Below are positions 27,139 through 36,350 of a DNA stretch of 64,000 bases, piece after piece. The notes below the pieces were generated by a model, which ran no database searches, was not told where the DNA came from, and saw only the letters and a list, made by a program, of their open reading frames with translations. Position numbers and translations under genes: made by a program. Position 1 is the stretch's first letter. Every line of letters starts with the position of its first letter. Location of the stretch: positions 224,001 through 288,000 of the forward strand of contig JAULAX010000009.1 in NCBI GenBank assembly GCA_032654565.1. Reading direction: 5' to 3'. The DNA comes from Anaeromyxobacteraceae bacterium. GTDB lineage: Bacteria > Myxococcota > Myxococcia > Myxococcales > Anaeromyxobacteraceae.

Positions 27139-27963
27139 ATGTCCGTCTCAATTCGTACCAACGTCGCTTCGCTCAACGCGCAGCGAAACATGTCCCAGAC
27201 CCAGTCGATGCTCGACTCCTCACTCGCGAAGCTCTCCTCGGGCTATCGCATCACCGCCGCCGGCGACGACGCCGCCGGCCTGGGCATCAGCACCAACTTG
27301 ATCGCCCAGATCAAGTCGTACAGCCAGGCCGTCCGCAACGCCAACGACGGCCAGTCGCTCATCCAGGCGGCCGAGGCCGGCCTCAACAACTCGGCCAACA
27401 TCATCACCCGCCTCCGCGAGCTGGCCATGGAGTCGGCCTCGGACGGCGTGGGCAACTCGGAGCGCGCCTACATCAACACGGAGTCGGTGGCGCTGATCGC
27501 CGAGCTCCAGCGCGTCGCCGTCACCTCGGAGTACAACGGCACCCGCCTGCTGGACGGCGTCGCCGCCACCATGGACTTCCAGGTCGGCGTCCGCGGCACC
27601 ACCAACGACGTCATCTCCTTCATCACCATGGACGCCACCACCACGGCCCTGGGCGTGAGCACGCTCAACCTGAGCACCAAGACCGGCTCCGTGGCCGCCC
27701 TGAACACGCTCGACACCGCGCTCTCCCGGGTCTCGACGGCACGCTCCACCATCGGCGCCGCCGGCAACCGGTTCAACGAGACCATCACCACCATCCAGGC
27801 GTTCCGCGAGGCCCTCTCGGCCGCCAACAGCCGCATCCGCGACGTCGACGTGGCCGAGGAGACCTCCAACCTGACCAAGGCGCAGATCCTGGCGCAGGCC
27901 GGCGTCTCGGTCCTCTCGCAGGCCAACCAGCTGCCGCAGATGGCCCTGAAGCTCCTCCAGTAG
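27139..27963 (+). CDS. fliC: Flagellin (minimal, 274 aa)
   Basis: IRTNVASLNAQRN, LSSGYRITAAGDDAAGLGI, SRIRDVDVAEE and QANQLPQMALKLL. Confidence 0.98.
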   Translation: MSVSIRTNVASLNAQRNMSQTQSMLDSSLAKLSSGYRITAAGDDAAGLGISTNLIAQIKSYSQAVRNANDGQSLIQAAEAGLNNSANIITRLRELAMESASDGVGNSERAYINTESVALIAELQRVAVTSEYNGTRLLDGVAATMDFQVGVRGTTNDVISFITMDATTTALGVSTLNLSTKTGSVAALNTLDTALSRVSTARSTIGAAGNRFNETITTIQAFREALSAANSRIRDVDVAEETSNLTKAQILAQAGVSVLSQANQLPQMALKLLQ

Positions 27964-27985
27964 TCCGCTCCACGCTTCTCCTTCC

Positions 27986-28018
27986 GGCCGCCCCGTGGCT
28001 GAACGCTGCGGGGCGGCC
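27986..28018 (+). terminator. Stable hairpin between fliC and fliD (stabiliser or partial terminator)
   Basis: GGCCGCCCCGTGGC-TGAAC-GCTGCGGGGCGGCC, a 14-bp stem with two G-U pairs and no U-tract. Confidence 0.55.
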
Positions 28019-28029
28019 TGGGAGCTTCG

Positions 28030-29376
28030 ATGGCTTCTACCTTCCAGGCGGGCGGGCTGGCGTCGGGGCTCGACACCAACACCATCATCGACAAGTTCGT
28101 CCTGCTCCGGTCGGCCTCGCTCACGCAGCTGCAGAAGAACCAGGCCGGCGCCCAGACCAAGGTCTCGACGCTCGCCGACATCACCTCCAAGCTCGCCGCC
28201 CTCCAGACGGCGGCCCGGGCGCTCTCCAGCGGCGGGGTGCTCGGCGCCACGGCGCTCGGCAAGAACAGCGCCTTCACGGCCGTGCCGGGGACGGGCGCGG
28301 TCGCCGGTGAGTACTCGGTCCAGGTCCAGACCCTGGCGCAGTCAGCCAAGGCCCGCTCGCAGGCCTTCGGGATCGACGGCCTGGTCCGGGGCGGCACGCT
28401 GGCCTTGACCGTCCAGGGGCAGTCCTACGGCGTCACCATCGCCGACGGCTCCTCGCTGAACGAGGCGGCGGCCGCCCTCAGGCAGTCGGGCGCGCCCATC
28501 TCGGCCGTGGTGCTCAACGACGGCACCAACCTCTACCTCTCGATCTCCAGCGTCAAGACCGGCTTCCCGGTCGGTGGCGCCGCCGCCGACGCGCTCTCCA
28601 TCGTCGAGACCAGCACCGGGACGGCCGGCCAGCCGCTCGGCGCCACCCTCTTCCAGCCGGCCCAGAACGCCACCTTCCTGGTGGACGGGCTGGCGTTCAC
28701 GCGGCAGTCCAACCAGGTGACCGACGCCGTCCCCGGCACCAGCCTGACGCTGGCCGCGCAGGGCGGCCCCGCCGAGAACCTGTCGATCGCCTACGACTCC
28801 GACGCCACCTCGGCGAAGCTCAAGACCTTCGTCGACGCCTACAACGCCGTCATGAGCGTGGTGCAGAAGCAGCTGGCGGTGACCCCGCAGACCGACCGTT
28901 CGGCCACGCTCTCCGGCGACCTGTCGATGCGCAGCCTGCAGGCGCGGCTCCAGTCGCTGGTCTCCTCCACGGTGGGCACCCTCTCCAACGTCCGCACCCT
29001 GGCCGACCTGGGCGTGAAGACCAACCGGGACGGGTCGCTCCAGATCGACTCCTCCGCCCTCGCCGGCGCCATCGCCCGGGACCCATCCGCGGTCAACGCC
29101 ATGTTCTCCACCGCCGCCTCCGGCCTGGGCGACCTCACCACGACGCTGGCCGACGCCTTCACCCGTGCCGGCGACGGGATCCTCACCGTCCGCTCGAAGA
29201 GCCTGGCCGACGGGGTGAGGGAGATGGACTCCCAGGCCACCCGCCTCCAGGACGCGCTCGACGCCTACCGGGCCCTGCTGGTGGCCCAGTTCACGGCCAT
29301 GGAGAAGCTGGTCAGCAGCCTCAAGAACTCGAGCACCTTCCTCACCGCGGTCTCGAACAACTCCAGCAGCACGTGA
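28030..29376 (+). CDS. fliD: Flagellar filament cap FliD
   Basis: GLASGLDTNTIIDK, VQTLAQS, FVDAYN and QFTAMEKLVS. Confidence 0.95.
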   Translation: MASTFQAGGLASGLDTNTIIDKFVLLRSASLTQLQKNQAGAQTKVSTLADITSKLAALQTAARALSSGGVLGATALGKNSAFTAVPGTGAVAGEYSVQVQTLAQSAKARSQAFGIDGLVRGGTLALTVQGQSYGVTIADGSSLNEAAAALRQSGAPISAVVLNDGTNLYLSISSVKTGFPVGGAAADALSIVETSTGTAGQPLGATLFQPAQNATFLVDGLAFTRQSNQVTDAVPGTSLTLAAQGGPAENLSIAYDSDATSAKLKTFVDAYNAVMSVVQKQLAVTPQTDRSATLSGDLSMRSLQARLQSLVSSTVGTLSNVRTLADLGVKTNRDGSLQIDSSALAGAIARDPSAVNAMFSTAASGLGDLTTTLADAFTRAGDGILTVRSKSLADGVREMDSQATRLQDALDAYRALLVAQFTAMEKLVSSLKNSSTFLTAVSNNSSST

Positions 29377-29383
29377 GACTCAC

Positions 29384-29767
29384 ATGATCCACGCACAGCG
29401 CTACGCACAGGCCGCCGCCGGGACCGCCTCCAGGGAGCGGCTCATGGTCATGCTCTTCGAGAAGGCCCTCCTCGACATCCGCTCCGGTGCCGCCGCGCTC
29501 GAGGACGGCCGATCGATCGAAGGGCGCCGGTCGCTCAACCACGCCCTGGACATCGTCACCGAGCTGCACGCCACGCTCGACGCCACCCGCGCTCCGGCGC
29601 TCTGCGACCTGCTCGGGCAGATCTACCAGTTCGTCTGCACCCGCCTGGGCGAGGCCTGCCTGCGCGGTGACGCGAGGCTGGCCCGGGAAGCCGAGCGCGC
29701 CTTCACTCCCATCGCCCGTGGCTTCTCCCAGGCGGCGGTGCTGGCGGCCGGAGCCGAGGCTCCATGA
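29384..29767 (+). CDS. fliS: Flagellin chaperone FliS
   Basis: ASRERLMVMLFEKAL, IVTELHATLD and LGQIYQF. Confidence 0.9.
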   Translation: MIHAQRYAQAAAGTASRERLMVMLFEKALLDIRSGAAALEDGRSIEGRRSLNHALDIVTELHATLDATRAPALCDLLGQIYQFVCTRLGEACLRGDARLAREAERAFTPIARGFSQAAVLAAGAEAP

Positions 29768-30042
29768 CCCTGGCCGAGCAGCTGGAGCAGGCGCTCACCG
29801 CGGTGGCCGAGTCGCTGGAGGCCGGCGTCACCGAGGCCGCCAGCTCCGCCGCCGAGCAGGTCGACCGGATCTGCGCCGAGGGGGCGGGCTCCGGCCTCCG
29901 CCTCTCCGCCGACGAGCTCTTCCTCCTGGCGCGTGCCCAGGCCCGGGCCGAGGCCGCCGCCGAGGCGGCGCGCGACGAGGTGGCCCGCGTCCTGGGGCTG
30001 GCCTCCTCGGGCCGGCGGGCCACGCTGGCGTACGGTCCCTAG
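29764..30042 (+). CDS. Small helical protein in the FliT position
   Basis: 92 aa, overlaps the fliS stop (ATGA), ends RRATLAYGP. Confidence 0.6.
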   Translation: MTLAEQLEQALTAVAESLEAGVTEAASSAAEQVDRICAEGAGSGLRLSADELFLLARAQARAEAAAEAARDEVARVLGLASSGRRATLAYGP

Positions 30043-30094
30043 AGCGCTCGAGCATTCTCGACACCGGCGCGGCCCCGTGGTCTCGTCGCCAGCC

Positions 30095-31672
30095 ATGGCC
30101 GCCAGGCTCTCGCTCTGCATGATCGTGCGCGACGAGGAGGAGTTCCTCCCTCGCTTCCTGCTCCACGCCCGCGGCCTGTGGGACGAGCTGGTGGCGGTCG
30201 ATGCCGGCTCCGTCGACCGAACGCCCCGGCTGCTCGCCGAGGCCGGCGCCACCGTCATCCATCGGGCGTGGACGGGCGACTTCGCCGCGGCGCGCAACGT
30301 CTCGCTGGAGTCGGCCTCCGGGGACTGGCTGGCGGTGCTCGACGCCGACGAGATGGTCTCGCCCGGGCTGGTCTCGGCCGCCCGCGCCCTCCTCCTCGAC
30401 CACACCGCCGGGGCGGCCACGGTGTCGATGCGCAACCGGCTGCCGCACGGCCACCTGGCCGAGGCCAGGCTCCTGCGCCTGTTCCGGCGCGACCCGCAGA
30501 TCCGATACCGCCACGCCATCCACGAGGACGCCAGCGAGGGCGTGGGCGCCTTCCTGGAGCGCACCGGCCTGCGCCAGGTCCACCTGGACGGCTGGGTCGA
30601 TCACCTCGGCTACGTCCGCGCCCGCGCCTCCGCCAGGGAGAAGAAGGCGCGCGACGTGGCCATCCTGGAGCGGCTGCTGGCGGCCGATCCCTCGGACCTC
30701 TACTCCCACTTCAAGCGGCTGGAGCAGGCGCGCTTCTGGGGCGACCGCCCCCTCTGGCGGCGCGCCGCCGCCGACGCCCTGGTGGCGATCCAGGCCCACC
30801 CCGACCGGCTCGGCCAGGTCCGGCACGGCGGCGAGCTGGTGGCGCTGGTGGCGGACGGGCTCCACCGGGGCGCTCCGCGGGAGGCGCTGGCCTTGATGGA
30901 CTCCTGGGCCGGGCGAATCCGGCCCTCGGCCGCCTTCCACCTGCGACGCGGCGAGCTCAACGAGCTGGCGGGCCGGACCGACGAGGCGGCCGCCGACTTC
31001 GCGCGCTGCCGGGCCCTGGTGGTCCAGACCGACAACGTGCAGCTGGCCACGGTGCGCCCCATGCTCGGGCAGGTCCGGCTGGCGCTGGCGCGTGGCGACA
31101 GGAGCGCGGCCCTGTCCCTCGTCGAGGAGTCGCTGCTGCTGGCGCCGCGTGATCCGGAGGCGCTGCTCGCGGCGGTGGCGCTTCACCGCGCTCGCGGCGG
31201 CTCGCCCGCCGTGGAGGCCTTCGCCGCGGCCCACGCCGGCGCCCACGGCAGCCTGCCGGAGCTGCACGAGGCGGTGGCGGAGGAGGCGCTGCTGGCCGGC
31301 GACCTCTCCCTGGCGCTCGAGGCGCTTCCTCGGGCCGCGGGGGCGCCGCCTGCGGGCCGCCCGGCGCTCCGGCTGGCGGTGGCCTGGCTGGCCGCTGGCG
31401 AGGCTGGAGCGGCGCGGGACCTGGCGCGCCGCCTGGTGGTCGACCTTCCGGAGGCGGCGCTGGTGGAGCTGCTCTGCGATCTGGCCGAAGGGCGCAACTC
31501 CGACCTCACCGTCGACCTCGAGCGGGGCGAGGCCGACCGGGCGCTCCGCTCCATGGTGACGGCGCTGGCGGCCTCGGCCATCCCATCGGTGCGGGTCGCG
31601 CTCCAGCGGAGCGCGCCGGAGGTGGCGCAGCTCTTCCCGTGGCTGGCAGCGGCGCTGGCGCAGCGCGGCTGA
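30095..31672 (+). CDS. GT2 glycosyltransferase with TPR-like region (third paralogue)
   Basis: RLSLCMIVRDEE, VDAGSVD, WTGDFAAARN, LDADE, YRHAIHE and HLGY. Confidence 0.87.
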   Translation: MAARLSLCMIVRDEEEFLPRFLLHARGLWDELVAVDAGSVDRTPRLLAEAGATVIHRAWTGDFAAARNVSLESASGDWLAVLDADEMVSPGLVSAARALLLDHTAGAATVSMRNRLPHGHLAEARLLRLFRRDPQIRYRHAIHEDASEGVGAFLERTGLRQVHLDGWVDHLGYVRARASAREKKARDVAILERLLAADPSDLYSHFKRLEQARFWGDRPLWRRAAADALVAIQAHPDRLGQVRHGGELVALVADGLHRGAPREALALMDSWAGRIRPSAAFHLRRGELNELAGRTDEAAADFARCRALVVQTDNVQLATVRPMLGQVRLALARGDRSAALSLVEESLLLAPRDPEALLAAVALHRARGGSPAVEAFAAAHAGAHGSLPELHEAVAEEALLAGDLSLALEALPRAAGAPPAGRPALRLAVAWLAAGEAGAARDLARRLVVDLPEAALVELLCDLAEGRNSDLTVDLERGEADRALRSMVTALAASAIPSVRVALQRSAPEVAQLFPWLAAALAQRG

Positions 31673-31738
31673 GGCGCTCGGGCCCGGCCCGGCTGCGCCG
31701 GCTGGCGGCCCGCCACCGCGCCGTGGAGCCCGCCCGGG

Positions 31739-32683
31739 TCAGCCCCGGGAGGGGCGCCGCCGGAAGACCAGCACCGCCGGATCGAGCTCGGGAGGGAGGA
31801 CCAGACGCGAGAGGGCCTGGTCCTCCTCCCAGTCGAACTCCCGCTGGGCCTGGTAGGCGTTCCAGTCGCCAGCCGCGAAGCGGTGGCGGGTGGTCACCAC
31901 CAGGTAGCGCTCGACGCTCTGCATCGCGAAGACCCGCCGCTCGAAGCCGTTTCCCGGAGGCGGGAAGGAGCAGACCACGGCCCGCGGCTGGTGGCGGGCC
32001 AGCGCCGCCGAGGCCTCGAGCCGCTCCACGTCGACCGGATAGTCGATGGCGTGGCGCCAGCTCTGGTCGTCGGTGGCGGTGATCCTCACGCCCTCGGCGG
32101 CCAGGAAGCGGGAGAGGGTCCCGTCGCCGGCGGCGATCTCCAGGGCCGGTCGGTCACCCACCACCGCGGCGATGGCCCGCACCAGCTCCAGCGAGTAGAA
32201 GCAGTAGATCCCCCGCGGCTGGACCAGCGGCATGAGGAGCCGCTTCTGCGTCACCAGCGGCCAGGTGAGGCGAAAGGCCCGCATGGGGACCGGCCTGCGC
32301 TCCAGCCCCCGGGAGAAGAAGAGGGACTGGACCAGGAGACCGCTCCAGCGGCCGAAGCGGACCGGCCCCTCCTTCAGGCCGGTGGCGGCTGCCAGCAGGG
32401 TCCGCTCCACGGCCAGCTTCGCCATGCGTGCTGCGGCCAGGTGGGGCAAGGCGGCCGCCAGCACCTCGGGGTTCCCGTGGCTCGCCGCCAGCCGGGCCTG
32501 CTGCCGCATGGCGGCGGCCCTGGTCTGGTCCACCAGCGCCTCGAGGGCCGCTGCTGAGCCCGAGGAGGTGGCGGCCACCAGCGCCTCGCCGACGGAGCGC
32601 CACTCCCCCGGGAAGCGCTCCATCAACTCGTCGAGCGTGGCCTGCTCGAGCTGGCGGCGCGGGTCGCGAGCGTGGCGGGCCAT
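31739..32683 (-). CDS. Uncharacterised class I SAM-dependent methyltransferase with helical N-terminal domain
   Basis: ALEIAAGDGTLSRFL (motif I), ITATDD and VVCSFPPP. Confidence 0.65.
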   Translation of the reverse strand: MARHARDPRRQLEQATLDELMERFPGEWRSVGEALVAATSSGSAAALEALVDQTRAAAMRQQARLAASHGNPEVLAAALPHLAAARMAKLAVERTLLAAATGLKEGPVRFGRWSGLLVQSLFFSRGLERRPVPMRAFRLTWPLVTQKRLLMPLVQPRGIYCFYSLELVRAIAAVVGDRPALEIAAGDGTLSRFLAAEGVRITATDDQSWRHAIDYPVDVERLEASAALARHQPRAVVCSFPPPGNGFERRVFAMQSVERYLVVTTRHRFAAGDWNAYQAQREFDWEEDQALSRLVLPPELDPAVLVFRRRPSRG

Positions 32684-32751
32684 GGCGGTCACGGTAACAC
32701 GCGACCGGGCGCCGGCCCCAGGTGGGGCCTGGCTGAAGATGTCCCCGGATC

Positions 32752-33921
32752 GTGACGATGCTACGGGTGGTGAGCTCCCAGACCGACATCGTCCTCGGCA
32801 TCGACCTGGGGACCAGCTTCTCGACCGCCGCGGCGCTGATCGACGGGAAGGTCCACTACGCCCTCGACTCCCGGGGCGAGGCCTGCATTCCCAGCGTGGT
32901 CCACTTTCCCAAGTCGGGCCCTCCGCTGGTCGGGACCGATGCCGTTCGCATGCGGGACTCGGACCCGGCCAACACCGTCTTCGGACTCAAGCGGGTCATG
33001 GGCCGCACCGGCGACTCGGCTGCGGCCCGGGTGCTGGACGCGTCGGTCCCGTTCAGGCTGGTGGCGAAGCCCGGCGCCGAGGTGGCTGTCCAGGTTCGCG
33101 CCGGTACCCTCTCCGTCACCGAGGCGGTGTCGTTCATCCTCCGGCACCTTCGGGACCGGGCCATGGTGCGGTTCAACAGGCACGTCAGCAAGGCCCTGGT
33201 CACGGTGCCGGTGGCCGCGCCCGCCTCGGTCCAGGCGGCGGTGGTCCGCAGCGGCGCCATGGCCGGCATCGAGGTGGTGAGCCTGGTCCACGAACCGGTG
33301 GCGGGCGCCGTGGCGCGCGGAGCCAGCGGGGCGGCCAAGCCCTTCCTCGTCTATGACTTCGGCGGCGGAACCTTCGACGCCACGGTGGTCCGGGGCGACG
33401 GCCAGGGGCTCGAGGTCCTCTCCGCCGGTGGCGACGACTGCCTCGGGGGCGACGACTTCGACATGGCCTTCGCGCTCTGGCTGGCGAACGGGATCTACAG
33501 GACGCGCGGGCTGGACGTCACGCACGACGCCATCCTCTGGAGCAGGATCCAGCGCCACTGCGAGGTGGTGAAGAGGGCACTCTCAGCCTCGCCCGAGGTC
33601 CGCTTCCTGCTCAAGGACGCCTTGCCGGGGCGGGCCCCGGACCTCGACCTGCTGGTGCGGCGGGAGCACCTGGACGAATCATGGGGCGAGCTGGTGGGAC
33701 GTTCGCTGGAGGCGGCCACCGAGGCGGTGCGCCAGTCCCGGGTGGCCCCCGGCGGCCTGGCGGGCGTGCTCCTCATCGGGGGGACGACCATGGTGCCGCA
33801 GGTTCGCGCCGCCGTGGGGCAGGCCTTCGGCGGCCGGGTCGTCACCGAGGAGGACCCGCAGACCTCGGTGGCCCGCGGCGCCGCCTTGCTGGCCGCCCGG
33901 CCCCACCTCCTGGGCATCTGA
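32752..33921 (+). CDS. Hsp70/DnaK-family protein, nucleotide-binding domain only
   Basis: GIDLGTS, LKRVMG, HEPVA, YDFGGGTFD, LGGDDFD, LIGGTT and VARGAA; stops before the linker and substrate-binding domain. Confidence 0.88.
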   Translation: MTMLRVVSSQTDIVLGIDLGTSFSTAAALIDGKVHYALDSRGEACIPSVVHFPKSGPPLVGTDAVRMRDSDPANTVFGLKRVMGRTGDSAAARVLDASVPFRLVAKPGAEVAVQVRAGTLSVTEAVSFILRHLRDRAMVRFNRHVSKALVTVPVAAPASVQAAVVRSGAMAGIEVVSLVHEPVAGAVARGASGAAKPFLVYDFGGGTFDATVVRGDGQGLEVLSAGGDDCLGGDDFDMAFALWLANGIYRTRGLDVTHDAILWSRIQRHCEVVKRALSASPEVRFLLKDALPGRAPDLDLLVRREHLDESWGELVGRSLEAATEAVRQSRVAPGGLAGVLLIGGTTMVPQVRAAVGQAFGGRVVTEEDPQTSVARGAALLAARPHLLGI

Positions 33922-33947
33922 TCGGCGCCGCGACCTGGCGCCGGCGA

Positions 33948-35348
33948 TCACGGCGCCAGCAGCTTGAGGATGGCCGGGTCCTTCTCCCCCTGGGCCAGGA
34001 TCGAGTGGCACAGGCCGCAGTCGCCGGAGATGACCTTGCCCTCGCGGGTGGCGTGCTCCCCGTCGTGGCAGCGGAAGCAGCCCGGCGCCTGCTCGTGCCC
34101 CACCAGCGTCGGGTAGGTGCCCCAGGTGATCTTCATGGCCGGCCAGACGTTGCGCCCCCAGATGGCGGCCAGCTCGATGGAGGCGGCGTCGAGGAGACGG
34201 GCCGCGTCGGCGCCCGGCGGGGGCGGCCGGCCGGCGTAGAAGTCGTGCAGCGCCCGCTCCAGCCCGGCGGCGGCCGCCTCCTTGCTGGGGTAGGCGACGC
34301 GCAGCGCCTTCAGCGCCTCGCGCCGCAGGAAGGGGAGCCTCGAGTCGAGCCGGCCCGCCACCAGCGCGGCGTCCACCTCGTCCTCCGGCGTCTTGTACAC
34401 GTGGCTGGGGCGGTTGTGGCAGTCGATGCAGTCCATCTCCCGCCAGCTCCCCTCGGCGGCCGGGGCGTCGGGGGCCATCCAGCGCCGCTGCCGGCCGTCG
34501 GCCAGGGTCAGCTCCACCCTGGAGATCTTCTCGCGCTTGTCGTCGGCCTGGTAGCGGAGCTTCACCCCCTGGTCGACGTGCCAGTGGATGCCGCGGGTGG
34601 TGACGCCCTCGGTCCCGCCGACGTGGACCAGCAGCACCGTCTTCAGCGGCGTGGAGGCGGCGTCCTCGGCGTGGCGGGTGATCACCTTGAGCCGGTCCCC
34701 CACCAGCTTGGTCGGCCAGTGGCACCGCTCGCAGGTGTCGCGGGCCGGGCGCAGGTTGTGGACCGGGGTGGGGATGGGGCGGGGGTAGAGGTCGAACATC
34801 ACCGAGGCCAGCTGCCAGGAGCCGGAGAGCTTGGACTTGACGAACCAGCTGGCGCCGGGCCCGATGTGGCACTCCACGCAGCTGACCCGGGCGTGCGCCG
34901 AGCGGGCGTGGGCCGAGGCCTCCGGGTCCATCACCGAGTGGCAGGAGCCGCAGAAGGCCGGCGAGTCCATCACCTCCAGCCCCTTGTAGGAGGCCGCCCC
35001 CAGCAGCAGCAGGTTGACGGTGGTGAGCGCCAGGAAGAGCAGGCCCAGCCGGCGGGTGCGCGGCGAGTTGAAGTCGATGACCGGGAGCGGCGTCTCGACC
35101 CCGCCGCTGGCCGCCAGCCGGACCAGCCGGCGCTGCTCCAGCCAGGCCCCGGCCGGGATGAGCAGCAGCCCCAGCACCAGCAGCGTGGGGAAGACCACGT
35201 AGGCCACCATCCCCAGGTACGGGTTCCCCTCGAAGCCGGCCAGCGAGGCCACGAAGAGCACCGTCACCAGCGAGCCGCTGACCGTGGCCAGCGCGGCGCC
35301 GGCCAGGCTCAGCGGGTGGCGCAGCAGGTCTGGTCCGGTGCGCTCCAT
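33948..35348 (-). CDS. Membrane-anchored hexaheme c-type cytochrome (NapC/NirT-like N-terminus)
   Basis: Six CxxCH motifs (CGSCH, CVECH, CERCH, CIDCH, CFRCH, CGLCH) after about 3 TM segments. Confidence 0.88.
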   Translation of the reverse strand: MERTGPDLLRHPLSLAGAALATVSGSLVTVLFVASLAGFEGNPYLGMVAYVVFPTLLVLGLLLIPAGAWLEQRRLVRLAASGGVETPLPVIDFNSPRTRRLGLLFLALTTVNLLLLGAASYKGLEVMDSPAFCGSCHSVMDPEASAHARSAHARVSCVECHIGPGASWFVKSKLSGSWQLASVMFDLYPRPIPTPVHNLRPARDTCERCHWPTKLVGDRLKVITRHAEDAASTPLKTVLLVHVGGTEGVTTRGIHWHVDQGVKLRYQADDKREKISRVELTLADGRQRRWMAPDAPAAEGSWREMDCIDCHNRPSHVYKTPEDEVDAALVAGRLDSRLPFLRREALKALRVAYPSKEAAAAGLERALHDFYAGRPPPPGADAARLLDAASIELAAIWGRNVWPAMKITWGTYPTLVGHEQAPGCFRCHDGEHATREGKVISGDCGLCHSILAQGEKDPAILKLLAP

Positions 35349-35426
35349 GTGCGTCCCTCCCCCGGCGGCTCGACGGCGAGCGGCCAGTCTATCGCGCCCG
35401 GGCCGGCTTCACGCTAAGCAATCGGG

Positions 35427-36206
35427 ATGGCGACCTTCACCCACATCGACACCGCCTGCGCACTGGTCGAGGTGGGCGGCTGGCGGCTGCTCACCGACCC
35501 GGTCTTCGACCCGCCCGGGCGGCGCTACCACTTCGGCTGGGGCGCCCTCTCCCGAAAGACCGGCGCGCCCGGCCTCACCCCCGAGGCGGTCGGCGCCGTC
35601 GACGCCGTCCTGCTCAGCCACCACCAGCACGGCGACAACCTCGACGCCGCCGGGGCCGCCTTCACCCGGGCGGCGCCGCTGGTGCTCACCACCCAGGCGG
35701 CCAGCCGCACCCTGCCGAACGCCCGCGGCCTGGCGCCGTGGGACGTCCACCTGCTCACGGCGCGCGGCCGCCACCCGCTGCGCATCACCGCCACCCCGGC
35801 GCAGCACCACCCGGGCTGGATGCCGGCCTTCGTCTCCGGCCCGGTGGTCGGCTTCGTGCTCGAGTCGCGGGCGCTGCCGCTCGGGCCGGTCTACGTGACC
35901 GGCGACACCGTGCTCTTCGACGGGGTCCGCCAGGTGGCCCTGCGCTACGCCATCGACACCCTGGTGATCCACGTCGGCGCCGTCCGCTTCCCCTGGCTCA
36001 CCGGTCCGGCCCGCTACAGCTTCGACGCCCGCGAGGCGGTGGAGCTGGCGCGGCTGGCCCGGCCCCGGCAGATCATCCCGGTCCACACCGGCGGCTGGAC
36101 GCACTTCCGGGAGGGGCCGGAGGAGCTGCGCCGGGCCTTCGCCGAGGCCGGCCTGGCCCAGCGGCTGCGGATCCCCGAGGCCGGGAAGGCCCTCGAGCTG
36201 GGATAG
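35427..36206 (+). CDS. MBL-fold metallo-hydrolase
   Basis: LLTDPVFD, SHHQHGDNLD, YVTGDT and IPVH. Confidence 0.85.
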   Translation: MATFTHIDTACALVEVGGWRLLTDPVFDPPGRRYHFGWGALSRKTGAPGLTPEAVGAVDAVLLSHHQHGDNLDAAGAAFTRAAPLVLTTQAASRTLPNARGLAPWDVHLLTARGRHPLRITATPAQHHPGWMPAFVSGPVVGFVLESRALPLGPVYVTGDTVLFDGVRQVALRYAIDTLVIHVGAVRFPWLTGPARYSFDAREAVELARLARPRQIIPVHTGGWTHFREGPEELRRAFAEAGLAQRLRIPEAGKALELG

Positions 36207-36350
36207 GCCAGGCGCCCCGAACGCCCACGAACGTTCGGCGCGGCGCCCGGGCCCGTCCACCGACAGCAACATCAACGAGGTGCGCGGGATGGCCGTGGGC
36301 GCGGCCGGTGCAGTGGTTCACTGGCTCAAGCAGGCCCCAGGAGAACACAC

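Noticed and set aside
30043..30094. sigma54 or sigma28 promoter for the third GT2 gene
   Set aside because: No GG/GC pair at correct spacing and no GCCGATAA-like element; read-through from fliDS is more likely.
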